From Octopus vulgaris (taxonomy: Eukaryota), in NCBI GenBank assembly GCA_951406725.2, contig OX597817.1, positions 140,864,001-140,928,000 on the forward strand: DNA of 64,000 nucleotides, in the 5' to 3' direction. A program made the position numbers and the translations under genes. Within the stretch, counting starts at the first letter, position 1, and each line of letters starts with the position of its first letter. Below the pieces are notes generated by a model that saw nothing but the letters and a program-made list of their open reading frames with translations, searched no databases and was not told where the DNA came from. Below are positions 26,167 to 38,371 of the stretch, in pieces.

Positions 26167-27499
26167 TGGAGCCTAATCTGAATAATCTTTTTAACTGTCA
26201 ATAAAAGACTTAAGCGGCTTCATTTAATTGTCAATAAATGAATCACGCGGCCTTCTTTTAATTGTCAATAAATGACTGAAGCGGCCTTGTTCTAAACAAA
26301 TAAACCCTAATGTGTGTCCACCGATTTCCAAAGTTGTAAAAATCGAAACCACGTGATAATTGGAATTACAAGGACCATTAAGTGTCAGAAATTCAATTCT
26401 TAAACTCCATTCCCTCACAACAATGACTTCGGAGAAATTAAGAAGTCGTTTTGTTGTGTTTGCTTTGTTTTGTTTTTTTTAAATAAAATAGAAATGAATG
26501 AATGACTTGTAAAAAAAGATCGTTTCTAAAAAATTTTCTAAAATATGAGTCATTTGTTGGATTGAAGCACAAATAAATACACTTTAGCGTCACCAAATCA
26601 CTGACGGTAATATAAATTCCTCTGCAGACTTTTTTTAAGGCGTTGGCTCCAACATGGCCGCGACTGCGATGACTAAACCAAAGAACCACACTAGTTCTGC
26701 TATTCTTATTCATCTCTCTCTCTCTCTTTCTTTCCTTCTTTCTTTCGCTTTCTCTCTCGCTCTCTCTCTTCTTTCTTTCTCTCTCCCTCTCTTTCTCTCT
26801 TTCTTTCTTTCTTTCTTTCTCTCTCTCTCTCCCTCCCTCTCTCTCTCTCCATCAATAAAATTCGCCATATCCGCTATAAATGAAAGTACATTACATCAAT
26901 GAAACAACTGTGTCGTGGAGTACGAGCTGAGTACGGCGGCGCTGGCCATCCTATCACTTCCTTCACTGCCTTTAACCTTCGGCAGTCAAATGGCTGCTGT
27001 ACGGTCAGTTCTATCGTAAGCAGGATCTTTATAAATACTCAATGAGGGAGCGCCAACTTGCTAGAAATAGAAGCCAAATCTCCTTCAAATTACACCCTAC
27101 CGTCTTCAAAAAGGGGATGACGTATTAGATAATGCAGCTGATGTACAACTGCATTGACTGGGCATATCTGAAATGCCAAGAGTCCATTGATCGTAGATCA
27201 ACCTAATGAGAACTGACCCAAACAATAAAGGTCCTGGGGTTTAGCAAAAACAAGCCAAAGTTACTTTGATTGGTTTTAGAAGCAGAGTTTATGTTTTAAG
27301 AATGAAGAATGACGGCTTATGAGATTTATATCCTTTCTACGAGGCAGTTCAAATTCCGCCGAGGTCGACTTTGCCTTTCATCCTTTCGGAGTCGATAAAT
27401 TAAGTACCTGTAATGCAATGGGGTTGATGTAATCGACTAACCCCACCCCGAAATTTCAGGCTTTGTGCCTATAGTAGAAAAATTATTATCATTATTATA

Positions 27500-27573
<74 letters not shown>

Positions 27574-27575
<2 letters not shown>

Positions 27576-29925
27576 TATGTTTGACTTTTGCTTTATATTT
27601 GTACAAGTTGGCTCCAAGTCTCACCCAGAGACCTCAAGAGACAACAGGGTTGGAAGTTCATGTTGTTGTTATGCCTAGTGTGCCATATATTTGGGGGTGG
27701 GGATGTTGTACTAATGAATGTCTAAAAAAAAAGTTTTTTTTTTTTTTTTTTTTAACCGAAAATTATGTTTGTTTTAAACCTTGAGATTACATAGAGAGTA
27801 TTTTGCGTAGGATATGAGCAGTTCCCATGAGCACTATCTTTTGAACTTCTGCCATTTTTGGGTTTCCTGGTATCTGAGTTAGGTAGCTATCAGCCCCTTT
27901 TGCTATCATTCCCAGGGCACCTATGACAACAGGTATTGTTTTAGTCTTCAGCTTCCACATTTTGCTGATTTCTATTTCAAGATCTTTATATTTGCTCAGT
28001 TTTTGGTAGGTCTTGACAGATACGTTTATATCGATTGGGACAGTCATATCAATGAGGAGGCATGTTCTTTGTTTGAAGTCTTTCAATATGATGTCTGGCC
28101 TATTTGCATCTATCTTCCTGTCAGTTTGAATGGTGAAGTTCCAGAGGAGTGAGATGTGGTCATTTTCAAGCACTGGGGGTGGTTTGTGTTCCCACCAGTT
28201 TTTTTCATGGGGCAAATCCAGGTTTTTACAGATTACCCAGTGAATATATTGTGCAGCTCTATCGTGCCTGTTGAGATACTCTGTAGGCGCTAGAAGACTG
28301 CACTTGGAGACCACATGGTCAATGGTTTCATTTTGTTGCTTGCATACACGACACGTTGGACTGCTTCTGATCTTTAATATGTTGGCCTGGTAGTTTCTTG
28401 TTGGTAGGCATTGATCTTGAGCTGCTATGATAAACCCCTCTGTTTCAGATTTTAAGCCAGAGGCCATTAGCCATTGATGGGTCAGGGCTTTGTCGATATC
28501 TGCATTATTCGCTCTCTTTGGGTATTTGCCATAGAGAGGTTTTTCTTGCCATTTATCAGTCAGAATATCTAAGGCCGCAGTTTTGGCACGGGTTTTCATG
28601 CGCCTAGCTTTTTCTGTGCTTGTTTCTTGTATATCTATCTCTAATTCCGAAATTGGTTGTATTCGGAATTCACTTAGATATTCCTTTGCCTGTTTTGTGA
28701 CTGAGTATGATGCTTTCTTGTTTTCATGTTTTGAGACAAGTTTTAGCATCCAGTCCTCAGAGTTTTTCAGGTAGGTGTCTAGGCCAATTGTAGCAATCTT
28801 CATTGTTATTGCCAGTTGCAAAAGACCACGGCCTCCCTCTTTTCTTGGCAGATAGAGTCGTTCTGTATCTGCCTTAGGGTGGTGCATTCTATGCATTGTC
28901 AACAGTTTCCTTATTTTTCTGTCGAGCTGACATATTTCAGTAATTGACCAGTTAACAATATTGAAACTGTAAGTCACGACTGGTATAGCTAATGCATTGA
29001 TTGCTTCGATCCTGTTTCTTGCATTCAGCTCTGTCTTGAGTATTGCTCTCACTCTTCGATAGCATTCTCTCCTGATCCTTTCCTTCATCTCTGAATGCCT
29101 TATTCCGTTCCCTTCAATTACCCCTAGGTACTTGTAGCTCTCCGCTGGGTCTAGTTCTTTTATGACATTCTGTTGGTCAAGGTTAACGTTAGATGTTTCT
29201 GTCATTTTTCCTTTGATAAAGGTAGCCTTTGCACATTTATCGAGGCCGAATTGCATTCTGATGTCGTCACTGAATTGTTTGACTATCGCTAGTAAGCCCT
29301 TGAGTTGTTGATCATTTTTTGCAAAAAGCTTTAAATCATCCATGTAAACGAGATGATTTATATTTTTATCAAACATTTTATACCCGTACTGCGCGTCATT
29401 GAGCAGCTTTGAGAGAGGTATTAAGGATAAACAAAAGAGAAGTGGTGACAGTGAGTCACCCTGGAAAATGCCACACGAAATTTTTACATCACCAGCATTT
29501 AGGGATTCACTGTCACTGTTCAGAGTTAGTGTGGTTCTCCATGATCTCATACTTACAGTCAAGAAGTTTCGCAGAGTTGGTGCTATCTTATACATTTCAA
29601 GGCATTTCCTAATCCAGCTATGTGGTAGGCTATCAAAAGCCTTTTTATAGTCTATCCAGGCTATTGATAAGTTTTTGTGTCGTTTGTGACAATCTTCTAA
29701 GATCATCTTATTGATGAGTAGTTGGTCTTTACAGCCGTAGGATCCACGTTTACATCCTTTCTGTTCATTAGGGAATATGCTGCTGTCTGTTAAAAAACTA
29801 TAGGTATATTCCGTCAGGACAGATGTTAGTGTTTTATACATAGTTGTTAAGCAGGTTATGGGTCTATAGTTTTTTGGTTCATTTGTTTCTTCACTTTTTG
29901 GAAGCAGGAATGTTAACCCATTAAC
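27574..29925 (-). mobile_element. Dong/R4-clade non-LTR retrotransposon, 5'-truncated, inserted in (TAA)n
   Basis: RT-RLE ORF plus ~210-bp 3' UTR ending ...aaacatagaa(taa)n; (TAA)n tracts on both sides. Confidence 0.93.
27787..29925 (-). CDS. Reverse transcriptase + CCHC zinc knuckle + restriction-like endonuclease (Dong/R4 ORF, N-terminally truncated, 712 codons uninterrupted)
   Basis: NYRPITCL, WIDYKKAFDS, GIFQGDSLSPLLF, YMDD, YKYLG, CRVC..ETIDHVVSKC, RHD, RPDI, KLSKY, IPVVIGALG. The track's MMACTALS-poly-I start is read-through from element C and (TAA)n. Confidence 0.92.
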   Translation of the reverse strand, partial: VNGLTFLLPKSEETNEPKNYRPITCLTTMYKTLTSVLTEYTYSFLTDSSIFPNEQKGCKRGSYGCKDQLLINKMILEDCHKRHKNLSIAWIDYKKAFDSLPHSWIRKCLEMYKIAPTLRNFLTVSMRSWRTTLTLNSDSESLNAGDVKISCGIFQGDSLSPLLFCLSLIPLSKLLNDAQYGYKMFDKNINHLVYMDDLKLFAKNDQQLKGLLAIVKQFSDDIRMQFGLDKCAKATFIKGKMTETSNVNLDQQNVIKELDPAESYKYLGVIEGNGIRHSEMKERIRRECYRRVRAILKTELNARNRIEAINALAIPVVTYSFNIVNWSITEICQLDRKIRKLLTMHRMHHPKADTERLYLPRKEGGRGLLQLAITMKIATIGLDTYLKNSEDWMLKLVSKHENKKASYSVTKQAKEYLSEFRIQPISELEIDIQETSTEKARRMKTRAKTAALDILTDKWQEKPLYGKYPKRANNADIDKALTHQWLMASGLKSETEGFIIAAQDQCLPTRNYQANILKIRSSPTCRVCKQQNETIDHVVSKCSLLAPTEYLNRHDRAAQYIHWVICKNLDLPHEKNWWEHKPPPVLENDHISLLWNFTIQTDRKIDANRPDIILKDFKQRTCLLIDMTVPIDINVSVKTYQKLSKYKDLEIEISKMWKLKTKTIPVVIGALGMIAKGADSYLTQIPGNPKMAEVQKIVLMGTAHILRKILSM

Positions 29926-29992
<67 letters not shown>

Positions 29993-30106
29993 GAGAGAGC
30001 AGTGCATGCCATCAAAGTGACACTGGGGTAAGCAGGTTATGGGTCTATAGTTTTTTGGTTCATTTGTTTCTTCACTTTTTGGAAGCAGGAATGTTAACCC
30101 ATTAAC

Positions 30107-30182
<76 letters not shown>

Positions 30183-30220
30183 GAGAGAGCAGTGCATGCC
30201 ATCAAAGTGACACTGGGGTA
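29850..30220. repeat. Tandem duplication (181 + 190 bp) spanning the LINE 5' junction, TTA tract and family C end
   Basis: 29850-30030 repeated at 30031-30220 with three more TTA units. Confidence 0.9.
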
Positions 30221-30736
30221 AAATATACGAAGTCCAGTATACCCATCATAACTACCTGTCTGATAAGGGTACACTAGGCACATGCATCACAACCATATGT
30301 GCGCAACATAGTGATCTCAAATCAAGATAAACAGCGCATGACCTTGCAGGTGGGGCCCTGTTAGAATTTTCTTCAAGTCGAGTAGGCCAACATGCTCAAA
30401 AGGTCCCTGAATAAGGTTTGTTTAAGGATGTTGAACGAAACACCCATGTTTTCAGAGGTGAATTATTCAAACCCCCAAAGAATCCCTCTCAACACATGGC
30501 TATGATGCTCCCCCACTACTTCTGCTCGTGATCAGAGATGCACATATTATCAGCCACTAAGGGACATGCTCAACTGGTTAAGGTCAAACAACTGACAAGC
30601 AAATCTGTGGTATTGAGCAGAATATTTGCTGTAGCCCATCTATTATACCAAGAGAAAACAATGTACATGATAACACTTCCAATCAGTTAAGATCAGAAGC
30701 CATGAGAGCCACTGCCTGGTACTACATCAGGGCATT
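30183..30736 (-). mobile_element. Family C element, full-length copy 5 (stub copy 4 at 29993-30030)
   Basis: Near-identical to 24588-25144. Confidence 0.92.
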
Positions 30737-30744
30737 TATAATTA

Positions 30745-31470
30745 CTGTTGTTGTTGTTGTTTCTCTTTATCATAGGCTTTGATGGAGCTCCTGAACTCTT
30801 GCATGCGTAGCGGGTTTGCTTCCTGCTGTCTACAGTAGCATGCTATTCATTCTTGTCAGCCATCTAATACTTTCCCGATTATTCTGGCCGTGCCAAGGAG
30901 GCAAATCTTTTGTAACAGTTCTACTGGGCACTCTATTCCAATTTCTTTCATATAACCATTGATGCCTTTTGATACTGTTCAATAATTGGCACTATCTTCA
31001 TCTTCTTCATTTTCCATAGTCAGGCTATTTCGTATTTAAGAGTGTCATATTTATCAATCTTTTTGCCTTCCTTCTTGACTATTCGGAGGTCAAAGGAGCA
31101 TGCAACATCAACTCTTGATTTTCACCTCTCCTAATACTTGATTCCCTGCTGTCAATTCCGTTATCCAGCACTTTATGCTATTCCATATGATGCTTCTCAT
31201 ATTTTCTGCTACTCCATACATTTCCATTGTTTCTGATTATCCAGGAGTGAGGCACCATATCGCACGCTTTTCGATACTCAACCCATGCCATGCTCAAGTT
31301 TGTGTATCTTCTCTTGCAGTTCCTGATAATTAGATTATCAATTAAGAGTTGATCTTTCGCTCCCCGACTCCTCCTTCGGCACCCTTTCTGTTCAATAGGT
31401 AGTAGCCCGCTTTTTACCAACTATCTATACAGTTCGTCAGCCAAAGCACCTGACATTAGTTTCCACCTGT
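30745..31470 (-). pseudogene. Internally deleted, degenerate Dong/R4 LINE
   Basis: [19 protein letters not shown]...[17 protein letters not shown] joined to the RLE C-terminus LQKICLLGTARII. Confidence 0.85.
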
Positions 31471-31961
31471 GCATTTCATAGAAAAGAGCAGCCGCCAACT
31501 ACAAGAGCAACTAATCTATTTCATTCACTTAATTCATTTAATTATCACCGTGATTTGACTTTTCCATTGTAATCTTGAAACGTCTTTGGCTTACCAAATT
31601 TACTGGCTCTCAACCAATATACTTTGCCAAAATTTTACGGCGCCTTGCTTGTTTAGTTGTAGACAAAACGCCCCGAAGTTTGTTCGTTTCAAAACTTCAT
31701 CAGCCGAATTTAACTCTAAATTGACTTCCCAGTACTAATTCTATGCTTTATATCTGAACAATAAATACATTTCGATCTTGGTATACTATCACTATTTACA
31801 AAACAATATCAACTTGGTTTAAATAGTTTCCAACTAAACTTTTATACAAGTCTAACCCGAAACACTAAAACAAAGCAAGAACGTGCCGTATTCTAAGTGG
31901 AACAATTGAAAGAGAATAATGATGTTAGCGAAAACGAATAACAAAGCCGTTTTAGGATGTT

Positions 31962-32022
<61 letters not shown>

Positions 32023-32489
32023 GTTGTCGGTAACCCCTAATTTGAGCACCATTTTCATCTACCGGGCTCTCAGGTAGTAACACTCCATGATCACAGCGTT
32101 AATTTGCTTGCTTGTTCCACCTACGCCGTGTGTGGTGGTCCCTTTCTGGATATCGACAGGCTGAAGTCGTACCAGAATCTCTGAGCCTACCGGGTGTAAC
32201 ACTATCACCATCATTGGCTTCAGTTTCATTACCACCGTTATTCACAATATTTTGCTTTTTCATTGGCACTCATATGAGGTAGCGATTATCAGGTTGCGCA
32301 ATTACCAGTGTTTTTATTGTGACAGCATCACTAGATGTATCCTTATTCAGCTCATGAGGAGAATCCACAAGTTTCCTTTCGTTATTATTATTATTATTAT
32401 TCATGTTGTGCCTGTAGGATGCATCAAAGGGAAATGCTGTGGATAATTAGAGGCCAATTTCCTGCCTCCCATTAATGTAGAAGTTACTG

Positions 32490-34363
32490 TCAGGAGGAAT
32501 TGCAGAAGAACTGTATAAATTTCTTGATGAGAACGATATATTACCGCCGAAACAAAAAGGCTGTAGAAGGGGATGCAGAGGTACCAAAGATCAATTATTG
32601 ATAGACAAAATGGTAATGCAAGATTGTAAACGAAGAAATTTGGGAATGGCCTGGATTGACTATCGCAAAGCTTATGATATCATTCCACAGATCATCAAGT
32701 GCTTAGAACTGCTTGGAATTGCGTAGAATGTAACATATATCATGAAGAGAAGCATGGTGGGGGGGCATGGGCATCAGAACAGGAATTTTCCAAGGTGATA
32801 GCTTATCTCCGTTGCTTTTTGTTCTCTGCATGATCCCTTTGACTTCGGTACATAGGAAAATGAACCTGGGATATCAACTAAAGGGAAACTCCCAAACAAT
32901 CAACTGTCTCCTCTTCATGAATGATTTGAAACTGTATAGCAATGTTGAGGCACAAGTGAGTTCTTTGATGATCGCGGTCCACTATTTTAGTGCTGATATT
33001 AGAATGGAATTCGGACTCAAGAAGTGTGAAATATTATAACTGAAAAGAGGTAAGGTACAGTCCCTAGCAGGAATAATAGAGAACTGAGTCAAAAAAAATT
33101 GAAAAGGAAGGCTACATATACCTTGGCATACAAGAGTTCAACGAGATGATGGAGGAGGAAATGGAAAGAACAATTGAGGATGGAATATTTCCGAAGACTA
33201 AGATTGGTGTTGTGCTCAGAATTAACCGGATGGAATAAAATCCAAGTGGTTAATACATGGGCGATGGCATCACTTCGGTATGGAGAGGGAGTTATAAAAT
33301 GGCAAAAGAGAGAAGGGATGAAAATGGATACCTATTTCTTTACTACCCACAAGGGGCTAAACACAGAGGGGACGAACAAAGACAGACAAACGGAGTAAGT
33401 CGATTATATCGACCCAGTGCGTAAATGGTACTTATTTAATCGACCCCGAGAGGATGAAAGGCAAAGTCGACCTCGGCGGAATTTGAATTTAGAACAGACG
33501 AAATACCTATTTCTTTACTACCCACAAGGAGCTAAACACAGAGGGGACAAACAAGGACAGACAAACGGGTTAAGTCGGTTATATCGACCTCAGTGCGTAA
33601 CCGGTACTTATTTAATCGACCCCGAAAGGATGAAAGGCAAAGTTGACCTCGGCGGAATTTGAACTCAGAACGTAGCGGCAGACGGAATACCGCTAAGCAT
33701 TTCGCCCGGCGTGCTAACGTTTCTGCCAGCTTGCCGCCTTAAAATGGAAACCAAACAAGAAAAATATTGGCAGTACATGGAGCCTTCCACCCTAAGAGTG
33801 ACACCGATAGATTATACTACTTGTCCAGAAGAAAGGGTGGGAGAGGTTTGATCAGTTGCCAGGATTGTATCGAAGCAGAGGAAAACAGCTTAGGATGGTA
33901 TGTAAAAAATGCCATGGAACCATTGTTGAAACATGACCAGACATCGGAAACTGGACTTTGTCGTGGTGGATAAAAATAAAGAACATTCATGATAATTGAC
34001 ATAACGTGTCCCAGTGACAACAGGATTAAAAGAGAGAGAAGAAAAACTGAATAACTACGACGATTTGAAGTTAGAAATACGAAGGTTGTGGTCAATGAGA
34101 GAGCAGACGTGATACCAATAGTAATTGATGCACTTGGAAGTATCAGCACTCAACTACAAACATGGCTTTAAAAGATTGGTACAAATGGACAGGTAGAGCA
34201 CCTACAAAAATTAGCATTGCTTGAAACTGCAAAAATTCTTCACAGGGTTCTTGAAGCATCACCAGTAAACAAGTGCCACTTTAGTCTGCTGGCTGTGGAC
34301 AGCTGACACTTTCCATCATACCCAGCAAAATAAGCTGAGAATTTTCATCACGTAATAATAATA
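32490..34363 (+). pseudogene. Degenerate Dong/R4 LINE with (TAA)n tail, interrupted by SINE A
   Basis: [61 protein letters not shown]; ends in taataataataa. Confidence 0.88.
33329..33740 (-). mobile_element. SINE A tandem dimer with 8-bp TSD
   Basis: Two family A units; TSD aaaatgga at 33321-33328 and 33741-33748. Confidence 0.88.
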
Positions 34364-34364
34364 A

Positions 34365-34600
34365 GGCGGTGAGCTGCCAGAAACGTTAGCACGCTGGGCG
34401 AAATGCTTATTGGTATTTCGTCTGTCTCTCTATGCTCTGAGTTCAAATTCCGCCGAGGTTGACTTTGCCTTTCATCCTTTCAGGGTCGATAAATTAAGTA
34501 CCAGATACGCACTGGGGTCGATGTAATCGACTTAATCCCTTTGTCGGTCCTTGTTTGTCCTCTCTGTGTTTAGCCCCTTGTGGGCAATTAAAAAAAAAAT
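34365..34600 (+). mobile_element. SINE family A, full length
   Basis: Head ggcggtgagctgccagaaacgttagc, B box, core, A-rich tail. Confidence 0.88.
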
Positions 34601-34614
34601 AATAATAATAATAA

Positions 34615-34970
34615 TACTCTTTACTCTTTTACTTGTTTCAGTCATTTGACTGCGGCCATGCTGGGGCACCGCCTTTAGTACTTATTCTATCGGTCTCTTT
34701 TGCCGAACCGCCAAGTAACGGGGACATAAGCACACCAGCATCGGTTGTCAACCAATGCTAGGGGGACAAACACAAACACACACACACACACATACATACA
34801 TATATATACATATATACGACAGGCTTCTTTCAGTTTCCGTCTACCAAATCCACTCACAAGGCATTAGTCGGCCCGGGGCTATAGCAGAAGACACTTGCCC
34901 AAGGTGCCACGCAGTGGGACTGAACCCGGAACCATGTGGTTGGTTAACAAGCTACTTACCACACAGCCAC
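34615..34970 (-). mobile_element. SINE family B
   Basis: Family B sequence with a small deletion. Confidence 0.88.
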
Positions 34971-35502
34971 AATAATAATAATAATAACGACGATGATGAT
35001 GGTGATGATGATGATGATGATGATGATGATGACTGGTTGGGTCGTTGTTTGATTGGTCGATTACTCCAGTCACGCTCTACCTTATATAGAGAAAGGGATA
35101 AGGAAAGAATAAAAGAGAGTTACCGAGTTAAAGTAAGAGGGCCAGGATGAAGGCACAGATTAGGCTTGGTGGCATGCAGCGAGTTAGGGACTGTTACACA
35201 GAGGGAGAAAGAGGAAAAGGAGGAGAAGTTGTGTGTGTGTGTGTGTGTGTGATCTTCCGTAGTATAAAATCAATACGGACACCAGTTTCATTTTCAATTT
35301 TTTTTTTTTGTACTTTTAATTCTTAACGACCGAAGCAGTATTAGTACCTATGAGCAATCTTTATATCCTACTTCATGTAAATGTCTTGCTAGAACGCCGA
35401 ATACTGCGTTATTAGCCTTGAGAGCATCTCTCATAGAGGCGCTTTGTCCATAAAATAAAAAAACATACACATAGATCGTAGCAGACGAGAATTGTCTGTT
35501 AT

Positions 35503-35675
35503 ATATTTCTTTACTACCCACAAGGAGCTAAACACAGAGAGGACAAACGAGGACAGACAAACATTAAGTTGATTATATCGACCTCAGTGCATAACTGGTA
35601 CTTATTTAATCGACCCCGAAAGGATGAAAGGCAAAGTCGACCTCGGCGGAATTTGAACTCTGAACGTAGCGGCAG
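35503..35675 (-). mobile_element. SINE family A, 5'-truncated
   Basis: Family A core and tail. Confidence 0.85.
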
Positions 35676-35805
35676 GGACTCTCATATCACATGATAAATA
35701 TTACTTTTGGTGCTAATACTGCTTCCGCCGCTAATAATTAATTCTTAATAAGCTTACTGGCTATTTGCTACGTCAGCGTCTGAAAAGACGCTGTTGTTCT
35801 ATATA

Positions 35806-36311
35806 TCTATATATATAAAACTCTAGTTGTGTGAGTGTCTGTCCCCTTCGATTTAGATTCCTAACTCCTCCCACATTTTGTGGTGCAGTTTAACCAAATT
35901 CGGGTATCTTATAGTCGTGATTCATATCGAGCCCGTCTGACTATTAGCGCGCGTCAACGATGAGTCTACGATTTTAAAAATAATTTAACATCATTTTTTA
36001 TTCCATTTTAATGCATAAAATGCATCGTGTGTCGATGGCGGCGGAGTTGGCGTCCATGCTCACAGCTGCACCTGTTTGCTTCTCCCCCTTCCCTCCCTCG
36101 TGAAGCTGTGGGGAAGGGAGTGTAAAGAAATCAACGTCGTAATGCGTTGTGAAGGAAACCAGCGTTCTTTTAGAACAACGACTTCATGGCTTGAAGACAC
36201 CAAAACAAAAATGGCTAAGAAAGCCCGAATTTATAAGGGAAGTAACTCTCTAAAAATGCTTATATAGTTATTTCCCTTACAAACCCGAGCAACGCCGGGC
36301 GATACTGCTAG
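35806..36311 (+). mobile_element. Non-autonomous Helitron, copy 1
   Basis: 5' A|TC, 3' hairpin cccgagcaacgccggg followed by ...gCTAG. Confidence 0.88.
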
Positions 36312-36606
36312 TCTTTATATATAAAAGTAAGGTTGTGTGTCTGTCTCCTACGATTTAGATTCCTAACTACTCCCACATTTTGCGGTGCAGTTTAACCAAA
36401 ACCGGGTATCTTATAGTCGTGATTCATATCGAGCCCTTCTGGGTATTAGCACGCGTCTACGATGAGTCTACGATTTTAAAAATAATTTACCATCATTTTT
36501 TTCCATTTTGAATGCATTTTTTTGCTATTTTTTGGCTATAACTCTCTAAAAATGCTTTATAGTTATTTCCCTTACAAACCCGAGCAACGCCGGGCGATAC
36601 TGCTAG
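36312..36606 (+). mobile_element. Non-autonomous Helitron, copy 2 (head-to-tail with copy 1)
   Basis: CTAG|TC junction, same 3' hairpin, ends CTAG|T. Confidence 0.88.
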
Positions 36607-36697
36607 TATATAATAAAATATTAGGGAATAAATCGAAACTTACAGGGAAAAATCAGATTTAGGATTGAATCCAATTTTATAGTAAAATATTATATTA

Positions 36698-36942
36698 TAT
36701 TAAATTAGAGATAAAACCACTATTAGGCAAATCAAACAATGAAAAACTTAAGCCAATACATAAAATTAATTAATTTATATTATTTTAAATATATATCAAA
36801 AATATTAAAAGTTTAATTATCTTTTATTAAGCTTTTAATATTTTTGATATATATTTAAAATAATATAAATTAATTAATTTTATGTATTGGCTTAAGTTTT
36901 TCATTGTTTGATTTGCCTAATAGTGGTTTTATCTCTAATTTA

Positions 36943-36945
<3 letters not shown>
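36698..36945. repeat. 248-bp near-perfect AT-rich hairpin (120-bp arms, 8-nt loop)
   Basis: 36698-36817 is the reverse complement of 36826-36945; followed by (TA)n. Confidence 0.92.
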
Positions 36946-37003
<58 letters not shown>

Positions 37004-37200
37004 CCACGGGATTTGACTGGCATGGGTGACCGGACGCTTCTCACTGGTGATTTCCGATTGAATGAAATTATGTGATTCCAGCGCTCATAACAGACGATTC
37101 ACGTCTGCTACGATCAGCGTGTGTGCTTTCATGCACAAAGCACCTCTATGAGAGAATCTCTCAACGCTAATTCGCTGTTCTAACAAGGCATCCACGTTAA

Positions 37201-37549
37201 TCTCTCTCTATATATATGGCAAAATGTATGTCTGCGTGTGTGTATCCTTTATACAAATCCACAATTTTTCAGTTAGAGGGCTCGCACTTTCTATGGTCAT
37301 TGAAAACCGTCCAAGGGTGGTCGTGCACATCTTTACATTTCCCCAGTCACCCCGCAAAGCCATTAAAAAATCAATAGCTGTGACTTTTTTGTGAATTTTC
37401 TATCCAAAACCCAATCAAAATGCCCGAAACTTGATACGCCAATTGAATGCCAGCTAGCTGTATGTGATTGGTCGGAGATTTGGACAGTAGTTGCGTGTAT
37501 GCGCGCACGCACGCAGCTGTATATGCATGCACTAGCACTATAGTGCTAG
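37201..37549 (+). mobile_element. Possible second non-autonomous Helitron family
   Basis: A|TCtctctctatatatat start; ends CTAG|T within a perfect 20-bp palindrome actagcactatagtgctagt; single copy in window. Confidence 0.45.
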
Positions 37550-38300
37550 TTTGAATATAAAATTGTCTTCTTTTTCTTGTTTTTCTATTTAATTTTATTT
37601 GAAGGTGAAAATTCTTTTCTTTTAGAAATTAGTATTTATCTCATCATTTTGTATAAACACTCAGAAAATTTTTATAAAAGTTGAATTATAATTATTGTAT
37701 ATGTCCCTGATACTACTCAGGGTTACAAGAGTATACTTCCAAACTTAATCGTCATGTGACGAGTAGCACTCAGCTTCCCTATGACACTCTAGATCAGAAT
37801 GCCTCAAAGAAAATCATTATTAAGCGGTACCACTCTATATCTTAATGGGCTTAACAAAGAAGAAATGTTAGGAACACGGTATAACCATTTAGTACTAATA
37901 TAGGACACGTTATAATTCTCATGTTAATACAACGCCATTTTAATGATATTTCCACCAGCCAATAGGTTTACGGCGTTGCATTTGTTTTACACTACGGACA
38001 TGTTTTTATGTCGGTTTATTACTCAAGGTCACTGCTATTTGAAGCAACAAGCCACAAACAAACAAACAAACACATTGTATTTTTGCTGTGGAGTTAGACG
38101 AAGGACCAGAATGTATTTTCGTAAAAGACCATTAAATCAAACTCGACATACACAGATATTTTTGTCTTCTTTCATTCTGACTTTGTCAATATCAATAAAG
38201 TATTGTGTGACAGTTGAGTTTTTCACTTTTAATCATTTCCACTTGTTTTCCTTTGACAGCCGTCGTCGTTGTTGTTGTTGTTGTTTTGTTGTTGTTGTTG

Positions 38301-38371
<71 letters not shown>

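Noticed and set aside
29926-30015. N-terminus MMACTALS-poly-Ile of the 742-aa ORF
   Set aside because: Comes from element C and the (TAA)n tract, not the LINE's real start
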